Positions 50,437 to 52,265 of a stretch of DNA of 52,265 bases are shown piece by piece. This DNA comes from Nemertoderma westbladi (lineage: Eukaryota; Animalia; Xenacoelomorpha). The DNA lies in contig JAUCBJ010006579.1 of assembly GCA_032718475.1 (NCBI GenBank), positions 1-52,265 on the forward strand, given 5' to 3'. The notes beneath the pieces were generated by a model that ran no database searches, was not told where the DNA came from, and saw only the letters and a program-made list of their open reading frames with translations. Positions within the stretch are counted from its first letter, which is position 1. Each line of letters begins with the position of its first letter. A program made the position numbers and the translations under genes.

Positions 50437-51715
50437 TTAAATAACTCGCAGCACATGGTATATGCTATGTGTAAATTGATTATTATTATTATTAATTGTT
50501 GGTTGTAAGATACATTCTATATCAAAGTAGGTGACAAGTAATGGGGATAAGGTTATATCTAAATTAGTAAAACTAATGTATGTACTTCTTTCATTAGGTA
50601 ATTTCTCACATTGACTTCTTCCTTGATAACAAGCAAGACAGTATCGTTGGAGAACATCCTTGCTGTAGAAATGAATTAAACATCTTTCGCAATATTTTCT
50701 ACAGTGAATATGTTGAGCTCTCGTATTCAGTAATCGATTCAAGTTAGTTATACACACATAATGATTTTGTTTAGGTGCGTTGTTATTTTTTACAAGTAAT
50801 ATATTTAATAACTCTTTACCGAGTCTAATTTTACTAAATGGAGGTTGTCTTAATATAGATACAGGAGCCTGTTTGTTGTTGTTATTCCAGCATAATAAAT
50901 TAATTATATATTTCGAATTTTGTTTATCAAAAAGTTTAATCGCTAGCTGCCATTCTGTTGGATAATCTTTTTTCCCGTTGTCAAAAATGAAATGATTCAC
51001 ATAATTTTTGTACAGCGAAGTATGGTATTTGTGATCTTTCACTTTGCTATTAAATTTTGCGGCTATAATAGACCATTTGAAACAATCATTATCAGCCGTT
51101 TGTATATTTATTGTACATCGTTTAGCTGATAGAACCTTAGGTAATTCCATATATCCATGTCCCTTATATAGTAACGACCTACACTTAGATTCAGGTAATT
51201 TAATTTCAACTCTTAATAAATATTTAATGCGCCACCCTGAACGGCGTATAATAAACATGGCTATTTTTTGTAATATATTTTCTAAAACATACTCAAACCA
51301 AATATCAAAACTTTCTGATGAATCTACAGTATTAATAGCACCACCAGAAGAATTAAAATAAAAGGTTTCTAATTGCCCACCTTCTGAAAAATGTGTTCTG
51401 TACATTAATACATTTAGACCTAACCACAGTCTAAGAACATTCATTTCTTTCAGTCTGTCTAATATTAACTGAAGAAAATTACCTCGAATTTGTGCTAATG
51501 CTGTTTCTACATCGGGATAATCTCTAGAAGTGAGCAGCTTGTTCCCGTGTAAAAATTGTTGCGCATGTACCAAGAGCCAGTCTTAAGTTTTTTTCAGATA
51601 TTATATTTTTATGTTGCGGTGATTTACGCTTTCTTGTGTAATAACATTTCAAGTGACTGTCATGACGTAAATAATTCTCAAATAAATACTCTATATTACA
51701 AGTAGAACAAGTCAA
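50437..51715 (-). pseudogene. N-terminal half of a Maverick/Polinton protein-primed DNA polymerase B
   Basis: SGWRI, GYMELPKVL..KRCTINIQTADNDCFKWSI, HYVCITNLNRLL, CERCLIHF, ExoI-like VTYFDIECIL; upstream frameshifted CSTC...H..H piece (51524-51715); polymerase core missing. Confidence 0.85.
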
Positions 51716-52168
51716 CTGATAGGTGCGAAACTTAATTTCTTTACAACCCGTAGTTAATTCATGTCATTTACAAATTTCACTGCATGAAGTCATAACATGT
51801 CGCAATCAATCAAACAACAAGTCGCAAGAATAAACTTTAAAATGCAACTTTAGGTGTTGTAAATAATTATGTCTAGTTACAGTCACTTGACAGAATGAAC
51901 AACACAATACTATTTTATCCATATCAAAGTTTGTTTAGATTATATAATATTAATAATAATAAAATATCACCAAAGATTAAAATAAAATGAAATGTTATTG
52001 ACTGTATCTAAACATTTATATGCTACCAGGTTAAATAATTTTAAACCAAACACCAATAAGGGTTTGCTGACATGACCTCGGGTTTCGAAGTAAAATTATT
52101 AGCCTCATCTACTGGAAATGAGGTAACAACAACTTTCTGTTTCTTTGCAGCTGATGCATTGGTTAATT

Positions 52169-52265
52169 TGTTCGCGCTTTTGAAGACCTTTAGCAGTTTA
52201 ACCTGCCAAAATTTATATGTCTTTTAGTTAATTAAAACCACTTTAGCATACGACAATATTTTATG
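52169..52265 (-). mobile_element. Start of a third copy of the same LTR (cut by the window end)
   Basis: TGTTCGCGCTTTTGAAGACC... matches 4805 and 14313 onward, with one small difference near 52235. Confidence 0.95.

Overview
AT-rich, repeat-dense eukaryotic DNA, most likely from an invertebrate animal (inferred from the gene and transposon content; the taxon cannot be fixed). Host genes: two tandem SLC49A4/DIRC2-like MFS transporter paralogs (the second frameshifted), an intronless FAF2/UBXD8-like gene, and a MAP9-like terminal exon. The main feature is a young 10.7-kb BEL/Pao-type LTR element (4805-15499, minus strand, near-identical ~1.19-kb LTRs, CTCCC target duplication). It keeps an open Gag-protease frame but shows no RT or integrase motifs, and carries a decayed zinc-knuckle ORF in the env position. 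It has no TGG-type tRNA primer-binding site: the 12 nt abutting the 5' LTR are exactly complementary to a 12-mer inside its own LTR, and the adjacent leader can pair with a second LTR segment. This resembles Tf1-like self-priming and is the best candidate for an undescribed system here. Also present: a 5'-truncated RTE LINE with a 46-bp TSD, a second LINE, Maverick/Polinton remnants, a 4.1-kb foldback with 10-bp satellite arms, several MITEs, a 90-bp satellite interrupted by a tRNA-SINE, and the start of a third LTR copy. All family calls come from motif recognition by eye; no searches were run.
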